Source of the DNA: an uncultured Pseudomonadales bacterium
Lineage (GTDB): Bacteria; Pseudomonadota; Gammaproteobacteria; Pseudomonadales; CANNCY01
Assembly (NCBI GenBank): GCA_947503335.1
Contig: CANNCY010000002.1
Span: 607,739 to 671,738 of the forward strand
Length of the DNA: 64,000 nt
Direction of reading: 5' to 3'
Below the pieces are notes generated by a model, which saw nothing but the letters and a program-made list of their open reading frames with translations, was not told the origin of the DNA and made no database searches. The translations under genes were made by a program, and so were the position numbers. Of the stretch, positions 46,440-56,495 are shown piece after piece (the stretch's first letter is position 1; the number at the start of each line of letters is the position of its first letter).

Positions 46440-46492
46440 AAGATAAGCGCTCCTCAATTGACTACGGGGCTTTAGCACTTATCTTTAAATTT

Positions 46493-46561
46493 AGATCAAA
46501 TTTGGCCAATCCATATTCGCACTTAGCGTGCATTTTTGGATTAATCCAAATTTGATTTTTT
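46493..46561 (+). ncRNA. candidate small structured RNA / bidirectional terminator element
   Basis: An 11-bp stem (ATCAAATTTGG 46495..46505 with CCAAATTTGAT 46546..46556) plus a 5-bp inner stem (AATCC 46508..46512 with GGATT 46538..46542), an apical GCAC/GTGC mini-hairpin, then T5 (46557..46561) on the plus strand. It is preceded by TTGACT (46458..46463), 16 nt, then TATCTT (46480..46485). Confidence 0.35.
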
Positions 46562-46572
46562 GAGGATAGGGT

Positions 46573-47496
46573 TTATACGCAGAGCGCATTCCAATGAGGG
46601 TAGTCTTCGCGCTCACCGCGCACCTGAGCAAAGTACTGGCTTTGCAGCTGCTCGGTGATTGGGCCACGACGACCTTCGCCAATTTCACGATCATCTAGCA
46701 TATAGATCGGTAACACCTCGGCAGCCGTGCCGGTAAAGAACGCTTCATCGGCGGTATAAAATTCGTCACGAGTAATGCGTTTCTCTACTACGTCAATGCC
46801 GCGGTCTTTGGCGAACTGAATAATCGTGTTGCGCGTAATACCATCTAGGCAAGCGGTTAGCTCGGGCGTATACAACACACCGTCACGTACCAAGAATACG
46901 TTCTCACCTGACCCTTCAGCTACATAGCCTTCAGGATCTAACAGCAGTGCCTCTTCGCAACCGCTGCTTAGGGCCTCTTGTAGGGCCAACATCGAGTTGA
47001 TGTAATGACCGTTAGCTTTAGCACGCGTCATTGTGATGTTTACATGATGGCGAGTGTAGCTAGAGGTACGTACCTTGATGCCTTTAGTCAGAGCCTCTTC
47101 ACCCATGTATGCGGGCCACTCCCAGGCTGCAACAATAACGTTGCACTGCAGACCTTCGGCACGCAAACCCATGCCTTCGGCACCATAAAATGCCATTGGG
47201 CGAAGGTAAGCTTCTGAAAGATTGTTGGCGGTAATCACTTGTTGCTGAGCGGCGTTTAGCTCGTCAAAGCTATAGGGTAGCTTCATGTTCATGATCTTGG
47301 CTGAGCGCTCTAGACGGCGTGTATGATCGTCTAAACGAAAAATCGCTGGGCCATTGGCGGTTTGATAGGCACGCACGCCCTCGAAGACACCCATGCCATA
47401 GTGAAGGGTATGCGTTAACACGTGTACATTAGCGTCACGCCAAGGTACCAACTCGCCATTAAACCAAATTACGCCATCGCGATCTGCCATCGACAT
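46573..47496 (-). CDS. ilvE: branched-chain amino acid aminotransferase
   Basis: A 307-aa class IV aminotransferase (GMGVFEGVRAY, EGSGENVF, TGTAAEV). Confidence 0.92.
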   Translation of the reverse strand: MSMADRDGVIWFNGELVPWRDANVHVLTHTLHYGMGVFEGVRAYQTANGPAIFRLDDHTRRLERSAKIMNMKLPYSFDELNAAQQQVITANNLSEAYLRPMAFYGAEGMGLRAEGLQCNVIVAAWEWPAYMGEEALTKGIKVRTSSYTRHHVNITMTRAKANGHYINSMLALQEALSSGCEEALLLDPEGYVAEGSGENVFLVRDGVLYTPELTACLDGITRNTIIQFAKDRGIDVVEKRITRDEFYTADEAFFTGTAAEVLPIYMLDDREIGEGRRGPITEQLQSQYFAQVRGEREDYPHWNALCV

Positions 47497-47517
47497 CGTA
47501 CATCTACTCCAGAAAAA

Positions 47518-50277
47518 CTACTTTTTATTGTCGGCTAGGGTTGCCAGCTTTTGCTGCCATAGTGCCGTCACCTGACTGATATGATTACTAAACTGCGCGG
47601 CATCGACTGTACCCGATTGTTTCGCAAGGGCACGGCGGTGACCGATAGATCGATAAGCTTTGTAGGCGTCGACTAGCTGCTGTACCTGCTGATCTGAAAG
47701 CAGGCTTAACTGTTTTATTGCCTCTAGTATACGAATATTGTCGGTATATTCTATAAGGCTTTTATGGTGATCTGCCCACGCCAATGCCCAGAACTGCACC
47801 ATAAATTCGATGTCTACGATGCCGCCTGGGTCATGCTTAATATCAAATTGGCCCTCCTTGGCTGAGCCCAAGTGATCAACCATTTTTGCGCGCATTTTCA
47901 TCACTTCTTGGGCGAGGCTAGTAGTATCGCGGCTTACCGCCAACACCCGTTGACGCATCTGCATAAATTGCTGTGCCAATTCGCCATCACCAGCTACCGC
48001 TCTAGCGCGTACCAATGCTTGGTGCTCCCACACCCAAGCTTCTTTCATTTGATACTTTTCTAGCGCAGCAAGGGTAGTAACCATCATTCCTGAGTTGCCC
48101 GAAGGGCGTAATCGCATGTCTACTTCGTATAACTCGCCCGATGCGGTTCGTGTACCTAACAGATGAATTACCTTCTTCGCCATGCGGGTGTAAAAGGTTG
48201 AGTTGTCGATGGGCTTTGCGCCACGGGTCATCTTTTGTAGCGGGCAGTCGTGCACAAACACAAGATCAAGGTCGCTGGTATAGCCCATCTCTAGACCGCC
48301 CAACTTGCCATAGCCGATCACGGTAAAACGCAAGTCGGGCACTTCTTCATTTTCGTCGTTAATTGGGCGACCATGGCGCTCTACCATTTGATACCAAGCC
48401 ACTTCAACGGCATGGTCTAACAGCACCTCTGCCAAGAAAGTAAGCGAGTCACTTACTTTCATTAGTGGCAGTGTTTCAATCAGCTCGCATGCCGCCACAC
48501 GCATCATCACCGAACGTTTATAGTGACGCATAATCTCCATGTGCGCCTCTACGTCTTCAAGGGGTACTCTTGATACCAGCTGTCGCAACTGATCGCGAAT
48601 CTCTGCCGGTTTTGGAACCTGATACAACAGCTGTTGATCTGCAAGGGTCTCTAGCAGACTTGGGTGGTTTGTTAACTCTTCGCCCACCCATGGGCTAAGC
48701 ATCGACAACTTCACTGTTTGTGCTAGTGCCCAGGGGTGATCGATCAGCAACTGGTAATACACGCTGCGGCGCGCTGTTGCCATTAATAGTGGTTCAATAC
48801 TTAAGAAAGCATTGGCGGGGTCGTCGGTCGCCGCTACGGCAGCAATCACCAAAGGCATAAGCTGATTCAACCGCTGCTCGCCCTCGCCCGTTAAATTTGC
48901 GATGGTGCGCTGCGCCTTAAAGTTATGCAGTGCATCGGTTAGCTGAGTCGATGGTGTAAATATATCGATCGGTGTTTTTGTTAAGTCGTGCCAATAACTT
49001 ACCAACTGCGGCGATACATTAACCGCCTGCGCCGACTGGTCTTCTCGAATCACACCATCAAAGGCCTGCGCGACGCGCTCTTGTATTTGACCAAGCTGCT
49101 CGCCAAAACTATCGACACTGTCGTAACCCATTAACTGCGCGATGCGCAACTCGCCTTCATTGTCGGCGGGTAGAATTTGTGACTGCTCGTCTCGCCAACC
49201 TTGAATACGGTGTTCAACGTCGCGTAAGAACCAATAATCGTCGATTAGTTGATCAACTAAATCGGGGTCCATCCAACCCAAACTGGCAATGGCCGGCATT
49301 ACCTTGTTAAAGGCGCGCTGTTGCATGCGCAATACTCGCCCACCCTTTAACAACTGAAATGCTTGCGCGATAAATTCTAATTCGCGAATACCACCGCGAC
49401 CCAATTTAATATTGCGATCACTGCCACGGCGCACTACCTCGGCCTGAATCATACGCTTCATGTCGCGCAAACTTTCAAGCAAACCAAAATCGGTGTACTG
49501 ACGATAGGTGAATCGCTTTAACATTCCATCAAGCTTTGCTACTTGCTGTTCGTCACCATTAATGGGGCGCGCCTTAACCATTGCGTAGCGTTCCCACTCG
49601 CGACCCTGTGTTAAGTAGTACTCTTCGAACGCATTAAAGTTGCTTACCAGCGCGCCACTTTGCCCGTAAGGCCTAAGCCGCATATCTACTCTAAACACAA
49701 AACCATCGGCGGTGCGTTGGTCTAATACTTTAATCAGTTGTTGGGCGAGTTTTGAAAAGAAGCGTTCGTTATCAATTTGTTTTTCGCCATCGGTGTAGCC
49801 GTGCTCGCCAAAGACAAAGATCAAATCAATGTCTGAACTTAAATTAAGCTCGCGCGCGCCCAGCTTGCCCATTGCGATCACCTGCATCATTTGGGCTTCG
49901 CCCTTTTTATTGCAGGGTACGCCGTAGCGTTGAACTAATTTTTGATACAGCCAGTCTTTAGCCGCAACGATAACCGTATCAGCATAGGTAGATAGCTGCT
50001 CGCAGGTTTGTTGTGAAGAATTAATGCGTGCAAAGTCTCGCCCGATAATACCTATCTGAGTAAGATTGCGATGCTTTCTAAGCGCGGCCATTAGATCGGC
50101 TTCGGTTTCGCAGCGCAAACAAATTTCGGCAATTTCACTTTGCCATAAAAACAGGTCTGGGGCTTTTTCGTGCTGACCTTGATCGATTAGTTTTTGCGAC
50201 CAATCTATGTGCTTATCTAATAACTGCTGGGCAAATTGCGAGCCCTGTTTAACGCTGGTAAAAAACTGATTATCCAT
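47518..50277 (-). CDS. glnE: bifunctional glutamine synthetase adenylyltransferase/adenylyl-removing enzyme
   Basis: A protein of about 919 aa with duplicated nucleotidyltransferase domains (SDIDLIFV... and SDLDLVFV...). The ATG at 50277 lies inside the last codons of the upstream ATPase gene. Confidence 0.92.
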   Translation of the reverse strand: MDNQFFTSVKQGSQFAQQLLDKHIDWSQKLIDQGQHEKAPDLFLWQSEIAEICLRCETEADLMAALRKHRNLTQIGIIGRDFARINSSQQTCEQLSTYADTVIVAAKDWLYQKLVQRYGVPCNKKGEAQMMQVIAMGKLGARELNLSSDIDLIFVFGEHGYTDGEKQIDNERFFSKLAQQLIKVLDQRTADGFVFRVDMRLRPYGQSGALVSNFNAFEEYYLTQGREWERYAMVKARPINGDEQQVAKLDGMLKRFTYRQYTDFGLLESLRDMKRMIQAEVVRRGSDRNIKLGRGGIRELEFIAQAFQLLKGGRVLRMQQRAFNKVMPAIASLGWMDPDLVDQLIDDYWFLRDVEHRIQGWRDEQSQILPADNEGELRIAQLMGYDSVDSFGEQLGQIQERVAQAFDGVIREDQSAQAVNVSPQLVSYWHDLTKTPIDIFTPSTQLTDALHNFKAQRTIANLTGEGEQRLNQLMPLVIAAVAATDDPANAFLSIEPLLMATARRSVYYQLLIDHPWALAQTVKLSMLSPWVGEELTNHPSLLETLADQQLLYQVPKPAEIRDQLRQLVSRVPLEDVEAHMEIMRHYKRSVMMRVAACELIETLPLMKVSDSLTFLAEVLLDHAVEVAWYQMVERHGRPINDENEEVPDLRFTVIGYGKLGGLEMGYTSDLDLVFVHDCPLQKMTRGAKPIDNSTFYTRMAKKVIHLLGTRTASGELYEVDMRLRPSGNSGMMVTTLAALEKYQMKEAWVWEHQALVRARAVAGDGELAQQFMQMRQRVLAVSRDTTSLAQEVMKMRAKMVDHLGSAKEGQFDIKHDPGGIVDIEFMVQFWALAWADHHKSLIEYTDNIRILEAIKQLSLLSDQQVQQLVDAYKAYRSIGHRRALAKQSGTVDAAQFSNHISQVTALWQQKLATLADNKK

Positions 50278-51985
50278 CACTTAGGGGTACAACCCGCAGC
50301 ACCTCTTCGATCGTCGTTACACCCTCAGACACCCGCAGCGCGCCCGACAGACGCAGCGACTTTAACCCTTCGCTCATTGCTTGGCGACGCAGTTTAACTA
50401 GATCTAAATGATCTTCGATTAACGCACTGGTTTTGTGCGAGTTTTCGAACAATTCATACAAACCTACTCGACCGCTATAACCTGTGTGACGACACTTTTC
50501 GCACCCGTTTGCTTTAAACGCTTTAGCGGGCTTTTCAAGTCGCCAAGGTTTTACTAACTGCTGCCATAGTTCGTCGTCGACATCAGTTTCTTGCTTACAG
50601 TGCTGACACAAAGTACGTACCAAACGCTGCGCCATTACACCCACTAGGGTCGATCTAATAAGATAAGCTGGCACACCCAAATCAAGTAAGCGCGTAATCG
50701 CTGCGGTACTATCATTAGTGTGTAGTGTAGAAAAAACTAAATGGCCCGTTAAGGCCGCCTGCACTGCCATCTCGGCGGTTTCTAGATCACGAATCTCGCC
50801 CACCATGATTACGTCAGGGTCTTGTCGCATTAGTGTGCGCATGCCTTCGGCAAAGGTTAAGCCAATCTTTGGGTGCACCTGCATCTGGTTAAAGCTGTCG
50901 GTGATCATTTCGATCGGGTCTTCGACCGTGCTTAAATTAACTGCATCGGTGGCGAGTTCTTTTAATGTCGAATAAAGCGTCGTGGTTTTACCACTGCCTG
51001 TTGGGCCTGTTACTAAAACGATACCGTTTGGCTGATGGCTCCACTGCTGCCACTTTGCTAAATCTTTGTCAGCCAAACCTAGTTGTTCAAAGCTACGAAG
51101 CAATACTTCTGGGTCGAAGATACGCATCACCAACTTCTCGCCAAAGGCCGTTGGCATGGTTGATAAACGCAGCTCTACTTCGTCACCGTTAGGCGTAAGA
51201 GTTTTTAAACGGCCATCTTGGGGTTTGCGCTTTTCGGCGATATTCATGCGGCCAAGTACTTTGATTCGCCCCGTTACTGCATGCAACACGTGACTAGGTA
51301 ATTCGTATACCTGATGCAATACGCCATCGATTCTAAATCGTACTTTGCCACCATCACGGCGCGGCTCAATATGAATATCTGATACACGCTGTTCAAAGGC
51401 ATACTGCAACAACCAATCGACAACCTTAACAACATGCTGCTCGCCGCCGTCGGTATTGTTTTGCTCGGTAAGCGCCACCAGCTGTTCAAAGTTTTGCGCG
51501 GTATTGCCAGTAGACACCATGCCCGATACAGACGTCGCCATGGTATAAAATTCTTCGATATAACGACGAATTAAATCAGGGCGAGCCACAACCAGCTTCA
51601 CTTGGCGCTTTGACGTATGCTCTAAACCAACTTGCCACTTTAGCTCGGTAGGGGTGGCAGTTGCGATCGTCACCACTTGCTCATCTACCCGCACACAGAG
51701 TATTTGATGCTTTCGGGCAAACGCCTGCGACAGCATCTCGGTGGTGCCGGCTACGTCGATCTTTAGTGGGTCAATCGGCTCGAACGGTAGGTCGTTTACG
51801 TCGGCCCACCATCGTGTCAAAAAATCTAGGGTCAGATCGCAACGCGAGGCAATAACCTCCAGAGGGTGCTTATCGCGCATGGTTTCGCTGCGCCCACTTA
51901 GCGCAATCTCGTTAACCTGCTGCGCACTAAGGTGGCCTTCGTTGGCCAGGCGCTCAAGAATCTGGCCCAGAGTGACTGTTTGCAT
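50270..51985 (-). CDS. GspE/PilB-family secretion/pilus ATPase (orphan)
   Basis: I preferred the ATG at 51985 (MQTVTLGQILERL). It has an N-terminal T2SSE_N-type domain, Walker A (GPTGSGKTTT), Walker B (DPDVIMVGEIRD), a His box (GHLVFSTLHTN) and a tetracysteine motif (CQHC...CEKC). Confidence 0.88.
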   Translation of the reverse strand: MQTVTLGQILERLANEGHLSAQQVNEIALSGRSETMRDKHPLEVIASRCDLTLDFLTRWWADVNDLPFEPIDPLKIDVAGTTEMLSQAFARKHQILCVRVDEQVVTIATATPTELKWQVGLEHTSKRQVKLVVARPDLIRRYIEEFYTMATSVSGMVSTGNTAQNFEQLVALTEQNNTDGGEQHVVKVVDWLLQYAFEQRVSDIHIEPRRDGGKVRFRIDGVLHQVYELPSHVLHAVTGRIKVLGRMNIAEKRKPQDGRLKTLTPNGDEVELRLSTMPTAFGEKLVMRIFDPEVLLRSFEQLGLADKDLAKWQQWSHQPNGIVLVTGPTGSGKTTTLYSTLKELATDAVNLSTVEDPIEMITDSFNQMQVHPKIGLTFAEGMRTLMRQDPDVIMVGEIRDLETAEMAVQAALTGHLVFSTLHTNDSTAAITRLLDLGVPAYLIRSTLVGVMAQRLVRTLCQHCKQETDVDDELWQQLVKPWRLEKPAKAFKANGCEKCRHTGYSGRVGLYELFENSHKTSALIEDHLDLVKLRRQAMSEGLKSLRLSGALRVSEGVTTIEEVLRVVPLSDG

Positions 51986-52083
51986 CAATGCTATTGCCAA
52001 AGGTTTGGCCCTTATAATTAATTGATCGATTAAGCATACATCATCTACCACCACAGGGCATCAATGCGTGCTACGATAGCTGC

Positions 52084-53229
52084 ATGAAAATTGATCTCAC
52101 CCAATATCAGGCTCAACTTGCACAGTTGGTGGCCTCGCCCTCGGTTAGCTGTACAGATAAGCAATACGACATGGGCAACCTAGCCGTCGTTGAAACACTC
52201 GCTAACTGGTTTGAACAGCTGGGCTTTAAGTGCCAGCTACAACCGGTTGCCGAAGGTAAAGCCAACCTGATCGCCACCAAGGGGTCAGGCCCCGGTGGGC
52301 TTGTACTATCAGGGCATACCGACACTGTGCCTTTTGATGCCGACCTTTGGGCGAGTGACCCATTTAAGCTAGATTTGCGCAACGATCTGCTCTTTGGTCT
52401 AGGCAGTACCGATATGAAAGGGTTCTTTCCGCTGGTACTTGCCGCCTGCGCCACTTTCAAAGACGAACCTTCAGCGCCTATTACCGTGCTAGCAACCTGT
52501 GACGAAGAATCCTCTATGAATGGGGCTAGGGCACTGTCTGAATTAGGCAACTGGGGGGCAAAGGCCGCGGTGATCGGCGAACCCACCGGGTTAAAGCCCG
52601 TCTACATGCACAAAGGCATCATGATGGAATCAATCACCATTCATGGTTCAGCGGGCCACTCGTCTAATCCTGCCCTTGGTTTAAATGCCATCGATGTCTT
52701 AGCACAGGTTTTAGCAGAGCTGACCGCCTTAAAGGCCGATCTTGCCCAGCGCTATAACGAGCACGGGTTCGAGGTTACGCACCCCACGATGAACTTTGGT
52801 TGCGTACATGGCGGTGATAACCCCAATCGCATTTGTGACCACGCCGAATTGCATATCGATTTTCGCGCCACCCCTGGGTTAGTTAGTACCAATGTACGCG
52901 CTGAGATTGATAAATGCTTGCAGCGCATTGCTAACCGTACTGGGGCTAAGATATCGATTGCCCCGCTTATTACACCGGTCGAACCCTTTAAAGAGGCGAA
53001 AACGGGCGAGCTTGTTACCCTTGCTAGCGGGCTATCTGAAGCCGAAGCCATTGCGGTTGGCTTTGCAACCGAAGCGCCCTTTTTGCAGGCACTAGGTATG
53101 CAGACCATCGTGATGGGCCCTGGCAGTATCGATGTTGCTCACCAACCAGACGAGCACATACCGCTAGCGCAGGTAGATAAAGGGTTTCACTTGATACGCT
53201 CGCTCATCAACCATTATTGTTTTGTGTAA
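52084..53229 (+). CDS. argE: acetylornithine deacetylase
   Basis: A 381-aa M20 peptidase family protein (LSGHTDTVP, TCDEESSM) adjacent to argA. Confidence 0.85.
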   Translation: MKIDLTQYQAQLAQLVASPSVSCTDKQYDMGNLAVVETLANWFEQLGFKCQLQPVAEGKANLIATKGSGPGGLVLSGHTDTVPFDADLWASDPFKLDLRNDLLFGLGSTDMKGFFPLVLAACATFKDEPSAPITVLATCDEESSMNGARALSELGNWGAKAAVIGEPTGLKPVYMHKGIMMESITIHGSAGHSSNPALGLNAIDVLAQVLAELTALKADLAQRYNEHGFEVTHPTMNFGCVHGGDNPNRICDHAELHIDFRATPGLVSTNVRAEIDKCLQRIANRTGAKISIAPLITPVEPFKEAKTGELVTLASGLSEAEAIAVGFATEAPFLQALGMQTIVMGPGSIDVAHQPDEHIPLAQVDKGFHLIRSLINHYCFV

Positions 53230-53238
53230 ACTAAGGCT

Positions 53239-54543
53239 ATGAACGATCAAGGCTTAAGTTACTGGTTTCGCCAATCGGCGCCCTATATTCATGCGTTTCG
53301 CAAGAAGACCTTTGTAGTGCACCTGCAGGGCGAGCTGTTTAACTCGCCCCTTATTAAGCCGTTGATTCAAGATTTAGCCCTACTAAACTCGTTACGCATT
53401 CAAGTCGTATTGGTGTTTGGGGCCCGCTCGCAGATCGAACAACAACTGTCTGCCCACGGGCTTGAAAGTCAATTTGTCGACGGGCTGCGTGTTACCCAAT
53501 CGGCGCATATGACCGCTATCGATGCCGCGGTTGGGCAGGTGCGATCACAGGTCGAATCGGTGTTATCGATGGGTTTAGTTAATACACCTATGCACGGCGC
53601 TGAGATTCAGTTAGTTAGTGGTAACTATGTCGTTGGCCGCCCAGTGGGTGTACACAAGGGTGTCGACTTTGGTCATACCGGTAAAGTGCGTGCTGTAGCG
53701 GTCGACGCCATTAATGCGCAGCTAGGCCAGGGTAACTTAGTTGTGATACCGCCCACCGGCTACTCACCCTCTGGCGAGCGTTTTAACCTAGGCTCACTCA
53801 ATGTAGCCACCGCCGTCGCCGAAGCACTAAAGGCCGACAAACTAGTGCTGTTTAGCGAAGCTGCCCTTGAAGGGTTGCCGCGCGAGTTATCGCCAGCGAA
53901 TGTTACTAGCGCCCTAAGAGGCCTTACTGGTGATGATTCAAATGCCCAAGCCGAAGTAGCTACCCTGCTAACTTCAGCGGCCAAGGTAACCCATCAAGAC
54001 GGGGTTGCGCGTTCGCACATCGTTGACGCGAACCGCGATGGCGCATTGCTTGACGAACTGTTTACCCGTGACGGTATTGGTGTGCTTGTAACGAACGAAG
54101 CCTACGACGAAATTCGCCCTGCAACACCTGACGATCTGGCTGGCATTATGGAGCTGATTCAGCCGCTACAAGATCAGGGAGCGTTAGTTGATCGCGAGCC
54201 CGAACAAGTTGAGCGATTCTTGGGCGATTATCACGTCGTTAGCCGCGACGGTACCATCGTTGCCTGCATGGCATTACACCCTTATGGTGATCGTGCCGAA
54301 ATTGCCTGTGCTGCGGTTCACCCCGAATACAGGCGTGCTAAACTCGCCGATAAACTACTATCAGCCCTTAGCCAACTGGCCAAAAGCCAAGGCATTCGCA
54401 AGCTATTTGCTTTAAGTACGCAAACGGCTCACTGGTTTATAGAACGAGGCTTTAACGAACAAAGCCTTGATCAATTGCCCCCTATTAGAAAAGAGCAGCT
54501 AAATACTGATCGCGGATCAAAACTGCTTATGAAAGACCTATAA
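53239..54543 (+). CDS. argA: amino-acid N-acetyltransferase (N-acetylglutamate synthase)
   Basis: A 434-aa protein with an amino-acid-kinase fold plus a C-terminal GNAT domain, the classical ArgA architecture. Confidence 0.9.
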   Translation: MNDQGLSYWFRQSAPYIHAFRKKTFVVHLQGELFNSPLIKPLIQDLALLNSLRIQVVLVFGARSQIEQQLSAHGLESQFVDGLRVTQSAHMTAIDAAVGQVRSQVESVLSMGLVNTPMHGAEIQLVSGNYVVGRPVGVHKGVDFGHTGKVRAVAVDAINAQLGQGNLVVIPPTGYSPSGERFNLGSLNVATAVAEALKADKLVLFSEAALEGLPRELSPANVTSALRGLTGDDSNAQAEVATLLTSAAKVTHQDGVARSHIVDANRDGALLDELFTRDGIGVLVTNEAYDEIRPATPDDLAGIMELIQPLQDQGALVDREPEQVERFLGDYHVVSRDGTIVACMALHPYGDRAEIACAAVHPEYRRAKLADKLLSALSQLAKSQGIRKLFALSTQTAHWFIERGFNEQSLDQLPPIRKEQLNTDRGSKLLMKDL

Positions 54544-54561
54544 GATTTAAAGGATGTACTA

Positions 54562-56391
54562 ATGCCTGAGTTACGCTCTAAGACCTCTACCCATGGCCGC
54601 AATATGGCCGGCGCCCGTGCACTGTGGCGTGCCACCGGTATGAAAGACGACGATTTTAAGAAGCCTATCGTGGCGGTTGTTAATTCGTTTACGCAGTTTG
54701 TACCTGGTCACGTACACCTTAAAGACATGGGGCAACTGGTAGCGCGCGAAATTGAAAAAGCCGGCGGCGTTGCCAAAGAGTTTAATACCATTGCTGTTGA
54801 TGACGGCATCGCAATGGGCCACGACGGCATGCTGTATAGCTTGCCATCACGTGACATCATCGCCGATTCAGTTGAATACATGGTCAACGCCCACTGTGCA
54901 GATGCAATGGTGTGCATCAGTAACTGCGACAAGATCACACCAGGAATGCTGATGGCAGCGATGCGTATCAATATCCCGGTGATCTTTGTATCTGGCGGCC
55001 CGATGGAAGCAGGCAAAACTAAGCTGGCCGAGCACAAGCTAGATCTAGTAGACGCGATGGTGATCGCAGCCGATGATTCAGCGAGCGACGAAATGGTTGC
55101 CGAATACGAGCGCAGCGCTTGCCCTACCTGTGGTAGCTGCTCTGGCATGTTCACCGCGAACTCGATGAACTGCTTAACCGAAGCGCTAGGCCTTAGCCTG
55201 CCGGGCAACGGTACAACACTGGCTACGCACGCTGATCGCCGCCAACTGTTTGAACGCGCTGGTTCGCTGATTGTTGATCTGTGTAAAAAGCATTATGAGA
55301 ACGACGATTACTCGGTATTGCCCCGCTCAATTGGTGGCAAAGGTGCTTTCGAGAATGCCATGACTCTAGATATTGCAATGGGTGGGTCAACCAACACGAT
55401 TTTGCATTTACTAGCAGCAGCCCAAGAAGCCGAGCTAGATTTTGATATGGGCGACATTGATCGTCTAAGTCGCAAGGTACCCCAGCTTTGTAAGGTAGCG
55501 CCTAATACACCTAAGTATCACATCGAAGATGTACACCGCGCCGGCGGTATCATGGGCATCTTGGCCGAGATAAACCGCGCTGGCCTACTTGACGCCTCAT
55601 TACCAACGGTGCACAGCGCTTCGATGCAAGAAGCTCTTGATGAATACGACATCATGGTATCGCAAAAGCATCACACCTTTTACAAAGCGGGCCCAGCAGG
55701 TATCCCCACGCAAACCGCCTTTAGCCAAGACACTCGCTGGAACAGCCTAGACGCCGACCGCGAGCAAGGCTGTATTCGTTCAATTGAAAACGCCTTTAGC
55801 TTAGAAGGCGGCTTGGCAGTACTTACCGGCAATATCGCCGAAGATGGCTGCGTAGTTAAGACATCTGGCGTCGACGACTCGTGCCTGGTGTTTGAAGGCA
55901 CCGCCTATGTTTGCGAAAGCCAAGACGACGCAGTTGCCGATATCTTAGACGGCAAAGTAAAAGAGGGTGACGTGGTAGTGATTCGCTACGAAGGCCCTAA
56001 AGGCGGCCCAGGCATGCAAGAGATGCTTTACCCAACCAGCTATCTTAAGTCGAAAGGCCTTGGTAAAGCCTGTGCATTGCTTACCGATGGTCGCTTCAGC
56101 GGCGGTACCTCGGGTCTATCGATCGGTCACTGCTCACCAGAGGCTGCAGCCGGCGGTGCAATTGGTTTGGTAGAACAAGGCGATATCATCAAAATCGATA
56201 TTCCTAACCGCACAATCAATGTTGATCTATCTGATGAGGTGCTTGCCGAGCGTCGCGCCGCGATGGATGTACAGGGCTGGAAGCCGGTTAAACCTCGCCC
56301 ACGTAAAGTAAGTGCTGCCCTAAAGGCCTATGCCATGTTGGCGACCAGTGCCGATAAAGGTGCCGTGCGAGACCTGTCTCAGCTAGATTAA
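54562..56391 (+). CDS. ilvD: dihydroxy-acid dehydratase
   Basis: A 609-aa protein with [26 protein letters not shown] at the N-terminus and the CDKITPGM and TDGRFSGGT motifs. Confidence 0.95.
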   Translation: MPELRSKTSTHGRNMAGARALWRATGMKDDDFKKPIVAVVNSFTQFVPGHVHLKDMGQLVAREIEKAGGVAKEFNTIAVDDGIAMGHDGMLYSLPSRDIIADSVEYMVNAHCADAMVCISNCDKITPGMLMAAMRINIPVIFVSGGPMEAGKTKLAEHKLDLVDAMVIAADDSASDEMVAEYERSACPTCGSCSGMFTANSMNCLTEALGLSLPGNGTTLATHADRRQLFERAGSLIVDLCKKHYENDDYSVLPRSIGGKGAFENAMTLDIAMGGSTNTILHLLAAAQEAELDFDMGDIDRLSRKVPQLCKVAPNTPKYHIEDVHRAGGIMGILAEINRAGLLDASLPTVHSASMQEALDEYDIMVSQKHHTFYKAGPAGIPTQTAFSQDTRWNSLDADREQGCIRSIENAFSLEGGLAVLTGNIAEDGCVVKTSGVDDSCLVFEGTAYVCESQDDAVADILDGKVKEGDVVVIRYEGPKGGPGMQEMLYPTSYLKSKGLGKACALLTDGRFSGGTSGLSIGHCSPEAAAGGAIGLVEQGDIIKIDIPNRTINVDLSDEVLAERRAAMDVQGWKPVKPRPRKVSAALKAYAMLATSADKGAVRDLSQLD

Positions 56392-56400
56392 TCACCAATA

Positions 56401-56424
56401 AAGGCGGCCTAGGTCGCCTTTTTT
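56401..56424 (+). terminator. rho-independent terminator after ilvD
   Basis: AAGGCG, an 8-nt loop, CGCCTT, followed by TTTT. Confidence 0.75.
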
Positions 56425-56495
56425 ACTTCACTCTTGCCCGAAACTGGCTAAAATAACGCCACTAAGTAAAACCAGTTAATAAGTGAGCACAGTTC

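Noticed and set aside
46491-46694. 67-aa track ORF spanning the ilvE 3' end and the intergenic hairpin
   Set aside because: It overlaps the ilvE coding end in another frame and runs through the hairpin element, with no coding signature.
52113-53108. Long antisense ORFs inside argE (157 aa and 118 aa); similar ones lie inside ilvD (54708..55208, 166 aa), the MCP gene (16335..16682) and DUF2339 (12156..12608)
   Set aside because: They lie opposite strongly supported conserved genes. They have Ser/Ala/Pro/Arg-rich composition and no motifs, which is typical of stop-poor antisense frames.
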